From: Spirochaetaceae bacterium
GTDB taxonomy: Bacteria > Spirochaetota > Spirochaetia > DSM-2461
Direction: 5' to 3'
DNA length: 64,000 nt
Assembly: GCA_965224705.1 (NCBI GenBank)
Contig: OZ245056.1
Span: forward strand, 2,464,001-2,528,000
Shown here: positions 29,609 through 39,494 of the stretch, in pieces
Layout: each line of letters opens with the position of its first letter
Numbering within the stretch: the stretch's first letter is position 1
Translations under genes and position numbers: made by a program
The notes under the pieces: generated by a model
Databases searched by the model: none
What the model was told of the DNA's origin: nothing
The model's input: the letters and a program-made list of their open reading frames with translations, nothing else

Positions 29609-30805
29609 TCAATCATTACCTCCTTTTTTTAAATACTCTATTGCCGTTCTTACGAAGAACTCAACTCCCAGAACCATGACATCCTCATCAATATTGAATC
29701 GAGCATTGTGATGGGGGAAATCAGTACCTTTCTTTCTATCAGCAGCTCCGAGAAAGGCAAAAACAGAGGGAACTCGAGAAGAAAAGGCCGAGAAATCCTC
29801 ACCTGCCATGGAGGCATGTTCTACCACCCTGTCAACTCCCCCCAATATCTTCTCCGCTATTCCACGGCTGAGGGCTGCCATCTTTACATCATTGATCACC
29901 GAGCAGTTTTCCTGTTTCAGTTCCACTTCAATTGTACAGCCATGGACAGCGGCGACTTTCTGTGCCAGATCCATCAATTTATCCGATGGACTGGAGCCGT
30001 TTTCCGGTTCATCGGCATAGAGGTAGCGAATTGATCCTTCCAGAACCACTTTGTCGGGGATAATATTGTTCTTTGAGCCGCCCTTGATGACACTGAACAT
30101 CAAGACCGTAGGATTCATGAGGCTGATTTCCCGGGTCTGAATTCTCTGGGCGGTCAGGACAATGTCAGAGGCAGCGATGATCGGGTCAATGGCGGTTTCG
30201 GGGTAGCCGGTGTGGCCGCCGTATCCTTTGACCGTCATCTTAAACACATCCATACTGGCCATAACTGCTCCGGCCTTGATTCCCATGGTTCCACTGGGAA
30301 GGGAGGTCCAGATATGGAGGCCCAGGGCTGCATGGGGGGAGGGATTTTTCATCACTCCATGCTCAACCATGAGTTCAGCTCCCGCAACCTCTTCGTTAGG
30401 TTCAAAGACAAACTTGACAGAACCCTCCAGAACCTCACGGAATTCACAGAGAACTTTGGCGGCGATCAACAGCATAGCCGTATGGGCATCATGACCACAG
30501 GCGTGCATTTTTCCGGGTATTTCAGACTTATAGGGAACGTCATTCTCCTCCTGTACCGGCAGTGCGTCCATGTCCGCCCGCAAAAGGAGTACCGGACTGG
30601 AGAGCTTTCCCTCAAGAACGGCTGTAATACCGGTGCCGGCTATTCGCCTGGGTTCCAATCCGAGATCCTTCAGGTAGGATTCAACGATCCCGGAGGTTCG
30701 ATGCTCCTCAAATCCCAATTCAGGATAACGGTGAAAGTCCCTCCTTAGCTCTATAAGTTCCTTTTCCAGCTCCCTGATGCGTTTTCGGATAGGGTCCCCG
30801 TCCAT
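29609..30805 (-). CDS. M20 family amidohydrolase (candidate N-acetyl-DABA deacetylase)
   Basis: HRYPELGFEE, LRADMDAL, MHACGHD, GGH, GEDF, HH..F motifs. Confidence 0.85.
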   Translation of the reverse strand: MDGDPIRKRIRELEKELIELRRDFHRYPELGFEEHRTSGIVESYLKDLGLEPRRIAGTGITAVLEGKLSSPVLLLRADMDALPVQEENDVPYKSEIPGKMHACGHDAHTAMLLIAAKVLCEFREVLEGSVKFVFEPNEEVAGAELMVEHGVMKNPSPHAALGLHIWTSLPSGTMGIKAGAVMASMDVFKMTVKGYGGHTGYPETAIDPIIAASDIVLTAQRIQTREISLMNPTVLMFSVIKGGSKNNIIPDKVVLEGSIRYLYADEPENGSSPSDKLMDLAQKVAAVHGCTIEVELKQENCSVINDVKMAALSRGIAEKILGGVDRVVEHASMAGEDFSAFSSRVPSVFAFLGAADRKKGTDFPHHNARFNIDEDVMVLGVEFFVRTAIEYLKKGGND

Positions 30806-30808
30806 AGG

Positions 30809-31834
30809 CTATAGTAAATCTCTTTCTACAAGGGTTTCGACGATCTGAATGGCATTGAGAGCTGCTCCCTTGCGTACATTATTGGAAACAATCCACAGAT
30901 TGAGCCCATTTTCAATGGAAGAATCCTCTCGAATGCGTCCTACCAGGGTTTCATCCACATCGGTGCAGAATAGAGGCATGGGGTAGAGATTTTTTGCGGG
31001 ATCATCCTGAAGAATGATACTGGGAGCGTTTTTCAGGAGTTCCCGGGCCCTCTCTCGAGAGATATTTTTTTCGGTCTCAATGTTGACAGATTCGGAATGT
31101 CCCACCGCTACAGGAATTCGAACACAGGTGGCGGTTACCTTGATGTTTTCATCACCCATGATTTTTCGGGTTTCAAATATCATTTTATTCTCTTCTTTAG
31201 TGTATCCCCCATCCTGAAAGACATCAATGTGGGGGATGGCGTTAAAGCCCAGTTGATAGGTAAACCCTTTAGAATCCTGAATCTTTCTGGTTTTCAGGAA
31301 TTGTTCACTTTCATCATATAGAGAGTCGATTCCCTTCTTACCGGCACCGGCAGCGGCCTGGCAGGTGGACACAACCACCCTTTTAATCCTTCCTTCGTCA
31401 TGAAGGGGCTTTAATACAACCACCATCTGAATTGTGGAACAGTTGGGGTTGGCTATGATTCCTTTATGCCAGTCAAGATCCTGGGGGTTTACCTCGGGAA
31501 CCACCAGGGGACATTGATCGTCCATCCGCCAGGCAGAACTATTGTCGACTACAATGGCACCCATCTCGACTGCATCTGGAGCCAGGGCTTCACTGGCCGC
31601 CCCACCGGCGGAGAAAATGGCGATATCGATGTCCTTGAAGTTGTCTTTCTTTGCCTCTTTTACCTTACAGGGCCTGCCGTTAAACAGGATTTCTTTTCCA
31701 GCATTCATCGCCACATCCAGGGGGCGGAATTCTGTCACCGGAAAATTTCTCCTTTCCAGAGTTCGTATCATTTCACCGCCCACAAGTCCCATGGCTCCCA
31801 CAACGGCTATGTTGTAAGCTGTTTTCTTTTTCAT
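30809..31834 (-). CDS. asd: Aspartate-semialdehyde dehydrogenase (phosphorylating)
   Basis: GAMGLVG, DNSSAWRM, VPEVN, NPNCSTIQ, CVRIPV..GHS, KGAALNA motifs. Confidence 0.95.
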   Translation of the reverse strand: MKKKTAYNIAVVGAMGLVGGEMIRTLERRNFPVTEFRPLDVAMNAGKEILFNGRPCKVKEAKKDNFKDIDIAIFSAGGAASEALAPDAVEMGAIVVDNSSAWRMDDQCPLVVPEVNPQDLDWHKGIIANPNCSTIQMVVVLKPLHDEGRIKRVVVSTCQAAAGAGKKGIDSLYDESEQFLKTRKIQDSKGFTYQLGFNAIPHIDVFQDGGYTKEENKMIFETRKIMGDENIKVTATCVRIPVAVGHSESVNIETEKNISRERARELLKNAPSIILQDDPAKNLYPMPLFCTDVDETLVGRIREDSSIENGLNLWIVSNNVRKGAALNAIQIVETLVERDLL

Positions 31835-31841
31835 TAAGACT

Positions 31842-33236
31842 TCATACCTCCTCCAGGGGAAGCTTTTTCGCTTCAATGTCCTGAATGACACTGGCGATAA
31901 TCTCTATACCCTTCATTAGAAGCTCTTCCGTTATTACCAGAGGCGGTAACAAACGGGCTACGTTGGAATGGTGTCCGCCAACCTCAATCATAACACCCCT
32001 CTGATGGGCGTATTTCCGAATCATTCTGGCGTAGTTTTTGGCAGGCTCTTTTGTGGCCCTGTCCATGACCATTTCGATGGCAATCATAAGGCCGATGCCC
32101 CTGACTTCCCCAACGATGGAACTGGAAGATTCCAGTTCCTTAAGTCTGGCCGTGGCTTTCGTACCAAGATCGAAGGCTCTTTGAGGAATCTCATTTTCCT
32201 TTATCCATTCAATTGCCGCCGTACCCGCGGCAAAGGCAACCATGTTTCCCCGGAAGGTTCCAATGGTTTTTCCGGGGGGCCAGGTATTGTATTTTTCCCG
32301 GTAGGCAATGGCAGAGATGGGAAAACCAACACCGCCCATGGCTTTACTGATGGTGACAACATCGGGAACGATGTCGAAATGCTCAAAGGCAAACATCTTC
32401 CCTGTTCGTCCGATGCCGGCCTGAATTTCATCGCAGATCATGAGAATATCATGTTTATCACAGATCTCTCTGACTCTTTTCATAAACCGGGTGGTGGGAA
32501 TGATGGTTCCCCCCTCGCCCTGTACTGATTCAAGGATAACCGCCGCAGGCCTGGAGTAACCGGAGTGGGAATCGGAGAGGACACGTTCCAGGTTTTCGGC
32601 GGCCTGGAGGTCAACATTTTCATCGGGACAGCCAAAGGGATTGCGATAGACATAGGGATAGGGAATGAACTGAATCCCGGGAACAAGCTGACCCAGACCA
32701 TCACGGTGACTGGAATCAGTGGTCAATGCCAGAGATGTTCCGGTCATACCGTGGTAGGCACCTTCAAAGGCGATGATTCCATTTCTCCCTGTGTACCATC
32801 TGGCCAGTTTAATCGCCTGTTCTACCGCATCTGAGCCCGTGGGTCCGCCAAAAAAGAGACGAGTCAGTTCAGGGGGGAGGTTGGCTTTGAGAACCTCCAC
32901 CATCTTTCGGCGGGCAGTGGTGGGTATGTCCAGCGTATGGGTTATCTCATCAATCTGCCGATGAGCGGCTGCCAGTACATCGGGATGGCCATGTCCCACT
33001 GCCATGACTCCAGCTCCTCCGAACAAGTCGATGAAGATGTTCCCATCGACATCTTTCAAGGTGGCTCCCTTACCGCTTTGAAGGGCCATGGGCATTCCTT
33101 TTGAATAGGATACGGCAGAACTCTCATTTCTGTTCTGATACTCCAGAATCTCTCTTGATTGTTTTCCCGGGGGGATTTCGTGGATTACCGGCGCATTTTC
33201 CCAGGATAGTTTTGCCAATTCTTTTTCGCTAATCAT
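31842..33236 (-). CDS. Class III aminotransferase, diaminobutyrate transaminase (Dat/EctB-like)
   Basis: HTLD, GPTGSDAVE.AIKL, YHGMT, VQGEGG, DEIQAG.GRTG, SKA, GTFRGN motifs. Confidence 0.85.
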   Translation of the reverse strand: MISEKELAKLSWENAPVIHEIPPGKQSREILEYQNRNESSAVSYSKGMPMALQSGKGATLKDVDGNIFIDLFGGAGVMAVGHGHPDVLAAAHRQIDEITHTLDIPTTARRKMVEVLKANLPPELTRLFFGGPTGSDAVEQAIKLARWYTGRNGIIAFEGAYHGMTGTSLALTTDSSHRDGLGQLVPGIQFIPYPYVYRNPFGCPDENVDLQAAENLERVLSDSHSGYSRPAAVILESVQGEGGTIIPTTRFMKRVREICDKHDILMICDEIQAGIGRTGKMFAFEHFDIVPDVVTISKAMGGVGFPISAIAYREKYNTWPPGKTIGTFRGNMVAFAAGTAAIEWIKENEIPQRAFDLGTKATARLKELESSSSIVGEVRGIGLMIAIEMVMDRATKEPAKNYARMIRKYAHQRGVMIEVGGHHSNVARLLPPLVITEELLMKGIEIIASVIQDIEAKKLPLEEV

Positions 33237-33336
33237 CTGATTAACCTCCGTTGATTATTATTACCTATCTCTCAGCGGCTGAACCCTTCGAGGGGTATAC
33301 GATGTCGTTTGGCGAAATTCTCTTCGCCGGGAAGAA

Positions 33337-34131
33337 CTATTGGTTCTCCCCCCTTCCCAGCAGTTTCGATATTCTATTTGCCGCCTCCATGACGGGTTGT
33401 GAAAGCTCTTTGATTCGATCCTCAGTTAACCGCATGGCTGGACCGGAAGTCGAAATGGTGGCTACTATCTCATTGCGGAAGTTGAATATAGGTGCCGCCA
33501 CACTGTTGAGTTCCTCACCAAATTCTCCAATTTCTGCGGCGTATCCATTCTGTCTCACCTCTTCCAGAGCTGACCGGAACTGTTTTTTGTCGACAATTGT
33601 TTTAGTTGATACCTGTTCCATCGGAAGTTCATCCAGAAGAGCTTCACACTCTTCCCTATCCATGAAGGCAAGTATCGTCTTTCCAGAGGCGCAGCTGTTA
33701 ATTGGATAGGAATAGGTCACATCAGGATTAAGGACAAGATGATGAGTGCTTCTTACCTCATCAATGGCAATTATCATACTCTCAGCCATAACATTGACAT
33801 AAATATTCTCACCTGCAATCTTCTCCAATTGCAGCATCACCGGTTTTGCCACATTGCGAAGGTTTCGGCTGATGGGCACGGAACTTCCCAATTGAAAGAC
33901 CTTGAAGGTAAGACAGTATCCCCGTTCAGTCTTTTCCACATAGCCTGTCTTCGTGAATGTTGCTAGAAATCGGTGCACATTGGTCCGGGTAAATCCAAGT
34001 CCCTTAACCATGGCCGATGGTTGAACGGGCTGATGAGAGCCTATGAACTCCAGCAGGTCAAGCCCCTTGATAATGGTTGTGGAAAGGGCATATGTACCAA
34101 TATTTGTACGCACGTTACAATCTTGAGACAT
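33337..34131 (-). CDS. IclR family transcriptional regulator
   Basis: N-terminal HTH; ASGK..LA, VR..GYA..E, VAAPI, S.SGP..R motifs. Confidence 0.92.
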   Translation of the reverse strand: MSQDCNVRTNIGTYALSTTIIKGLDLLEFIGSHQPVQPSAMVKGLGFTRTNVHRFLATFTKTGYVEKTERGYCLTFKVFQLGSSVPISRNLRNVAKPVMLQLEKIAGENIYVNVMAESMIIAIDEVRSTHHLVLNPDVTYSYPINSCASGKTILAFMDREECEALLDELPMEQVSTKTIVDKKQFRSALEEVRQNGYAAEIGEFGEELNSVAAPIFNFRNEIVATISTSGPAMRLTEDRIKELSQPVMEAANRISKLLGRGENQ

Positions 34132-34401
34132 AAATTATATATAACCCTTACTCTTAAAAATGTCAATACAGATCTTTAATAATTTTTCTTTTTGTTAATA
34201 TACATCCATCGTCCACCTGGAAGAAGGTAAACAAATCCATGAAACCTGTGTGAAATTGATTCAGGGGAGTTTCAATTGATTCCAGATATTGGCGAATTGG
34301 CGGAAAGACCTGGCAAAGGCCCCGGAGCTATCCAGAGGAAGTTTAAACGTAATCTGGTTTTGTGATTGACTTTTATTCTAATCCAATGTACATCTTACCT
34401 G

Positions 34402-34617
34402 GCGTCAGAAAGCTTGTAGAGGTCTGATTTTGATTAAACCAGGAAGGATAGAGTTTTCTCATGGTACAGCTGATTTTTTCTGATTATGGTTGTGATGAGA
34501 CGAATGGCAGTTTTCAGCATGGAGAGTTTTCTTCGAGAGTTTCGTCGTAAATACTTTCTTCATAAAGTATTATTTCTTTAGTGGAATGCTCGTCTCATAC
34601 AACAAGCTTCAGAACGC
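34402..34617. mobile_element. Possible decayed 216-bp MITE of the GTGTCAGAAAGC family
   Basis: GCGTCAGAAAGCTTGT at the left end and TACAACAAGCTTC near the right end; length close to 3469-3686; interior diverged. Confidence 0.45.
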
Positions 34618-34841
34618 TGGTAAATTCAATTTCCTGATGGGTTCCCTGTGCCGTTTTTGACATCGGGATAGAAGAACCTGTACTGAAGGAAGTATGTGGT
34701 TGTTTGGCAGGCTGCCGGAGTATGCATTGGAATGCACTGCGATTGATGCAGGAGCACCCGAGAGTATTTCAAGTACAGTTGATCGCCGTATGACGGTTAA
34801 AGACTGGTCCCGTAACAACCCCTGGACAGGAGAGCCATCCC

Positions 34842-36095
34842 ATGAAACCCACTCGATTCGCAGAACGATTTACAAAGAAAACCGGTATTGGTGCATTGAT
34901 GGAAGATCTTGGTCAGGCAATGCAGGGCCATATCGACATGCATATGCTTGGCGGCGGGAATCCAGCTCACATCCCGGAAGTTAATGCGATCTGGCGTCGT
35001 CGTATTCAGGAAATTCTTGTCAATGGTGCCGAATTGGAAGAAACTCTGTCCAACTATGATACGCCTCAGGGAAAGAAGGTCTTTCTGGAATCCCTGGCTG
35101 ATCTCATGAATTCCGAATTTGGCTGGGAATTGAAAACAGACAATATAGCTGTTACCAACGGCAGTCAAATTGCCTCCTACATCCTTTTCAATATACTTTC
35201 CGGCCCGAGAAGTGATAATGGAATGAATCGCATCCTTTTTCCTCTCTGTCCGGAGTACATCGGATATGCCGATCAGACATCTGAATCCAAAGCCCTGGCC
35301 GCCCAACCTGCCGCATTGGAATACACACGGGAAAACTTCTTTAAGTATCATGTAGATTTCAACCACCTGGAAGTTGGAGAAGACATTTCAGCCCTGTGTG
35401 TATCCCGGCCGACCAATCCAACGGGCAATGTTCTCACCGATGAGGAAATTATCCATCTATCTCAAATCGCCTCTGCTAAGGATATTCCTCTTATTATTGA
35501 TAATGCTTATGGAGCACCCTTTCCACAAATTCTTTTTAAGGACATTAAGCCCTACTGGGACGAACACATCATTTTGAGTATGACTCTTTCAAAACTGGGA
35601 CTCCCATCGGTTCGGACCGGTATTGTTATTGCCTCAGAGGAAATAATAGCTGCTCTCTCGGCATGTAATGCTGTGTTGAGCCTCAGTAACGGCTCCTTTG
35701 GGCAGGTACTGGTGAAGCCTCTCATTGATTCCGGGGATATTCTTACCCTCTCCCGGGATGTCATTCGTCCGTTTTACCAGAAAAGATCCAGCCTTGCTGT
35801 TGAAGCATTGCAGGAAGCCTTTGGCGATAATATTCCGTATCGAATACATGAGCCCGAAGGGTCTATTTTTCTCTGGCTCTGGATTCCTGATCTTCCCATA
35901 AGCTCGGAAGAACTCTACGACCGCCTGAAACGCAGGGGCGTTCTTGTTGTGAGCGGCCATTATTTCTTCTATGGCCTGGAGAAGCCATGGCCTCATGCTC
36001 ATGAATGCCTGCGGCTGTCCTACGCCCAGGATCCAGACCGATTCAGGGAAGCAGTTGTGATCATCGCTGATGAAGTGCGCAAAGTGATGAATTAA
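34842..36095 (+). CDS. avtA: Valine--pyruvate transaminase
   Basis: LMEDL..MLGGGNPA, YD.PQG, TNGSQ, PEYIGY, SRPTNPTGN, DNAYG, LSKLGLP..RTG motifs. Confidence 0.9.
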   Translation: MKPTRFAERFTKKTGIGALMEDLGQAMQGHIDMHMLGGGNPAHIPEVNAIWRRRIQEILVNGAELEETLSNYDTPQGKKVFLESLADLMNSEFGWELKTDNIAVTNGSQIASYILFNILSGPRSDNGMNRILFPLCPEYIGYADQTSESKALAAQPAALEYTRENFFKYHVDFNHLEVGEDISALCVSRPTNPTGNVLTDEEIIHLSQIASAKDIPLIIDNAYGAPFPQILFKDIKPYWDEHIILSMTLSKLGLPSVRTGIVIASEEIIAALSACNAVLSLSNGSFGQVLVKPLIDSGDILTLSRDVIRPFYQKRSSLAVEALQEAFGDNIPYRIHEPEGSIFLWLWIPDLPISSEELYDRLKRRGVLVVSGHYFFYGLEKPWPHAHECLRLSYAQDPDRFREAVVIIADEVRKVMN

Positions 36096-36184
36096 AGAAA
36101 GAAGTTCGTCACCTGATCATCCCTGCAGCCCCTACACTCTGATCCGCAATCAATTGTATTATATCTCATGGAAAGATATTGGCC

Positions 36185-37645
36185 ATGACATTGCTCTGGT
36201 ATGATCTGGAAACATTTGGCTTCCATTCCCGTTATGACAGAATTGCCCAATTTGCGGCCATACGGACCGATGAAAATCTCAAACAACTGGAAGACCCTGT
36301 GGTGTACTATGGCAAACTCAGCCCCGATTATCTTCCCGATCCCATGTCATGTCTGCTCACCGGCATCACACCCCAGGAAACCAATGCAAGGGGGGTGATT
36401 GAAGTTGAACTCATACGGGCAATTGACGGGCAGTTTTCCAGACCTGGAACCTGCGTTCTTGGATACAACAGCATTGCCTTTGATGATGAATTCATCCGCA
36501 ATCTTTACTACAGAAATTTCTATGATCCCTACAGGCGTGAGTGGGCCAACGGCAATTCCAGATGGGACATCCTGAATCTGGCTCGAGCCACAAGAGACTT
36601 AAGACCCGAAGGCATAAACTGGCCGATTAACGAAGAAGGCAGACCCTCGGTTAAACTGGAACTGCTGGCTGAGGCGAACAACTTGCTCCATGAGTATGCC
36701 CACGATGCCTTGTCCGATGTCCAGGCCACTATAGCTGTTGCAAACCTGATCAAAGTGAAACAGCCTAAACTCTTCAAATGGGCGTGGCAGCATCGAACCA
36801 GAAATCAGGCTCGCACCCTTATAAATCTGGAAGACCGCACTCCACTGATTCATACTTCAGAAGTGCATTACAGCCGTAAGGGCTATACAACCCTGGTCTG
36901 TCCTCTTATCACCGATCCTGAGTTGAGAAACACAATTTACGCCTTCGACCTCCGCTCCGATCCAGAGCCCATGCTTGAGCTTCCCGAAGATGAAATTCGC
37001 CATCGCATCTTCACTCCAACACAGGAACTGGAGGCCGAAGGTATAACTCGTATCCCTCTCAAAGGAATTCATATGAACAAGGCACCATTTCTTGCGCCCC
37101 GTTCTGTTCTTGATCACAACATGGCCAGTCGGCTGGGTATTGATCCTGTTCTGGCCGAAGAACGCTGGAAGAGAATCAAGGGTGACCTTCACATTGCTGG
37201 AAAACTCAGAAGAGTGTTTTCCAGAGGACAGGATTGGGGATCCATCGATGACCCGGACTTTCAAATTTATGATAGATTCTTCCCCGATGAAGATAAGGAG
37301 GTGCTGGCCGAAATCCGGGAAGCATCTCCGGAAAAACTCATGCAGTTGAACCCGGGGGCCAGGGATTCGCGAATACCGGAAATGCTTCGCCGATACATTG
37401 GTCGAAACTACCCCGATCACCTGGATGATGAAACAAGCCGCAGGTGGAAGAGTTTCTGTGCTTCACGCATCCTTTTTCCTCCTGTCCCCGGTGTATCAGA
37501 CCTGGGTGAATATCGGAAACGAATTATGGCATGGATGGAAAATGACAACCTGGAAGCAGAGAAGAAGCCCATTCTCAAATCCCTGCAGGAATATGGAGAT
37601 ATGCTGGAGCAGGAACTGCTTGGCCTGGATATGGAGATATCATGA
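36185..37645 (+). CDS. sbcB: Exodeoxyribonuclease I
   Basis: WYDLETFG, QFAAIRTD, GYNS..FDDE, NSRWD, RPEGINWP, AHDALSDV.AT motifs. Confidence 0.93.
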   Translation: MTLLWYDLETFGFHSRYDRIAQFAAIRTDENLKQLEDPVVYYGKLSPDYLPDPMSCLLTGITPQETNARGVIEVELIRAIDGQFSRPGTCVLGYNSIAFDDEFIRNLYYRNFYDPYRREWANGNSRWDILNLARATRDLRPEGINWPINEEGRPSVKLELLAEANNLLHEYAHDALSDVQATIAVANLIKVKQPKLFKWAWQHRTRNQARTLINLEDRTPLIHTSEVHYSRKGYTTLVCPLITDPELRNTIYAFDLRSDPEPMLELPEDEIRHRIFTPTQELEAEGITRIPLKGIHMNKAPFLAPRSVLDHNMASRLGIDPVLAEERWKRIKGDLHIAGKLRRVFSRGQDWGSIDDPDFQIYDRFFPDEDKEVLAEIREASPEKLMQLNPGARDSRIPEMLRRYIGRNYPDHLDDETSRRWKSFCASRILFPPVPGVSDLGEYRKRIMAWMENDNLEAEKKPILKSLQEYGDMLEQELLGLDMEIS

Positions 37646-38559
37646 CCCCGGATTTAAAAAATTCTCTGGTTATTGGTATTTCTTCCCGAGCTCTTTTCGA
37701 TCTTGAAAAGGAAAATCGCATCTTTGAAGAGGAGGGACTGGAAGCCTATTCCAGATTTCAGCAGGAAAATGAAGGCCGAATCCTGGAGCCCGGCACGGCA
37801 TTCCCATTGATTGATGCCCTCTTGAAGCTCAATGAAAAAATCGGAGAGCATCTGGTTGAGGTCGTTATCATGAGTCAGAATAATCCTCAGACAGGACTTC
37901 GTGTCATGCATTCTGTTGACTTCCATAATCTGGATATTACCCGTGCAGCATTCTCTGGCGGTGCCCCCATTGGTCCAAACCTGGCAGCCTTCAGTGTTGA
38001 TCTTTTTCTATCCAAAAACTTTGACGATGTCCAGGATGCCGCAGATCAAGGAGTGGCCGCCGCCCAGCTTTATTCTCCTCCTGCAGCATTCAATCCGGAT
38101 ACCGATGAAATTCGTATTGCCTTTGATGGAGATGCGGTTTTATTCAGTGAAGAAGCGGAAGTTCTCTTCAAACAGCAGGGATTGGATGCCTTTCTTGAAA
38201 ATGAGACAGTCTTTGCGAAGAGCCCTTTACCTGAAGGACCGTTTGGCCGGGTACTGCAGACACTTTCCCGTATCAAAAAAGCTTCCAGTGAACCGTTGGT
38301 TCGAATTGCTCTGGTAACTGCCCGAAACAGACCGGCACATGAGAGGGTCATACTTACCCTGCGAGGCTGGGGTGTGAATGTTGATGAGGCCTATTTCCTT
38401 GGAGGATTGTCCAAGGATCAGATTCTCAAGGCTTTCAATGCCCACATTTACTTTGATGATCAGGACCAGTATGCGCGATCGGTCTCTCACCATGTGCCGT
38501 CAGGTAGGGTTCCTTACAAACGGACATCTCCACTCTACAAACCAGGATCTGATACCTGA
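37642..38559 (+). CDS. 5'-nucleotidase (cytosolic IB-like HAD family)
   Basis: ISSRALFDL, IRIAFDGDAVLFS, GPF, LVTAR..PAH, FDDQ motifs; ATGA overlap with sbcB. Confidence 0.9.
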   Translation: MTPDLKNSLVIGISSRALFDLEKENRIFEEEGLEAYSRFQQENEGRILEPGTAFPLIDALLKLNEKIGEHLVEVVIMSQNNPQTGLRVMHSVDFHNLDITRAAFSGGAPIGPNLAAFSVDLFLSKNFDDVQDAADQGVAAAQLYSPPAAFNPDTDEIRIAFDGDAVLFSEEAEVLFKQQGLDAFLENETVFAKSPLPEGPFGRVLQTLSRIKKASSEPLVRIALVTARNRPAHERVILTLRGWGVNVDEAYFLGGLSKDQILKAFNAHIYFDDQDQYARSVSHHVPSGRVPYKRTSPLYKPGSDT

Positions 38560-38633
38560 GGAGTCTGTCTCTGTGCGGGCTTGATACGCTTCTCTTATAT
38601 CCACTATCATGTTTGAGGGAGTTTTATTGATAA

Positions 38634-39113
38634 ATGACAGGATATGTAAAACATCTCTCGATGATAATAATACCAGCTTTGCTTTCATCCTGCGTCAGTG
38701 CAGTTGATACCCTTGATCCCACATGGTCACCGGATATTTTTTTCAAAAACGCTCAGGAAGCCTCAGGTGACAGTCGGTACAAAGATGCCCTGTTTTATTA
38801 TGATGTATTTCTTATTCGATATCCTGAAAGCATTCCAAGAAGAATAGCTGCAAGATATGAACAGGCGTTTATTCATTACAAAATGGGCAGAATCAAAGTA
38901 GCTGAAGCACAATTCAATGCAATACTGAAAGAATATGACGAGAATCCCTTTGCCGCTCTCTTCCCTCCGCGCTTCAAGCAGTTATGCATAATCGGCTTGA
39001 AGAATATTGAGCGCAACAGGGCTTTGAACAATAAACTCTTCTGGCGCATGAATGAAAAACGATGGGCTGAAGAGCATAATGAGGAATTGACCGATATTTC
39101 AAATGAGCCGTAA
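38634..39113 (+). CDS. TPR lipoprotein (BamD-like fragment)
   Basis: Lipobox LSSC; AQEA..Y..A..YY..RYP..A.YE.AFI.YK. Confidence 0.7.
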   Translation: MTGYVKHLSMIIIPALLSSCVSAVDTLDPTWSPDIFFKNAQEASGDSRYKDALFYYDVFLIRYPESIPRRIAARYEQAFIHYKMGRIKVAEAQFNAILKEYDENPFAALFPPRFKQLCIIGLKNIERNRALNNKLFWRMNEKRWAEEHNEELTDISNEP

Positions 39114-39291
39114 CATCCTGTTGGCACCGCATGCTGCCATGCCTCGTCATTTCATGGGCGAACTGTGTGGTCATGACGTGAGTATGGTCAAACAACCTTC
39201 CGTTTTACCTGAAGTTTCTCCCTATTCTGAATGGTGGATCTCAGCCGGATTTCCTGAAAACACAGGTTTCTAATAAAAAGCAGTCCCCGGG

Positions 39292-39313
39292 TATAGACAA
39301 ATTGTTGTCTATA
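39292..39313. promoter_or_regulatory. Perfect 9-bp inverted repeat upstream of the RRM gene
   Basis: TATAGACAA-ATTG-TTGTCTATA. Confidence 0.4.
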
Positions 39314-39494
39314 TTGTATTCTGTACAGACTGTAAGATTGGTAACGTTCCAATCTGGCCGTTGCACACGTGTTAGCACGAGCGATAAGTGATGTCGATGC
39401 CTCCTGTTCTGTGGCCTTGCCCTCTATCCTTTCTTTCCGTAACAACGTTTAAGATGAACAGCCACTTACGGGTTAAAGTACTCAGGAGAGAAAA

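Noticed and set aside
30809..33236. Ectoine biosynthesis operon (ask-asd-ectB)
   Set aside because: No ectA or ectC in the window; the linked genes are uptake and hydrolysis functions.
20151..33709. Many + strand ORFs opposite the ectoine cluster
   Set aside because: Antisense shadows of well-supported genes with no motifs of their own.
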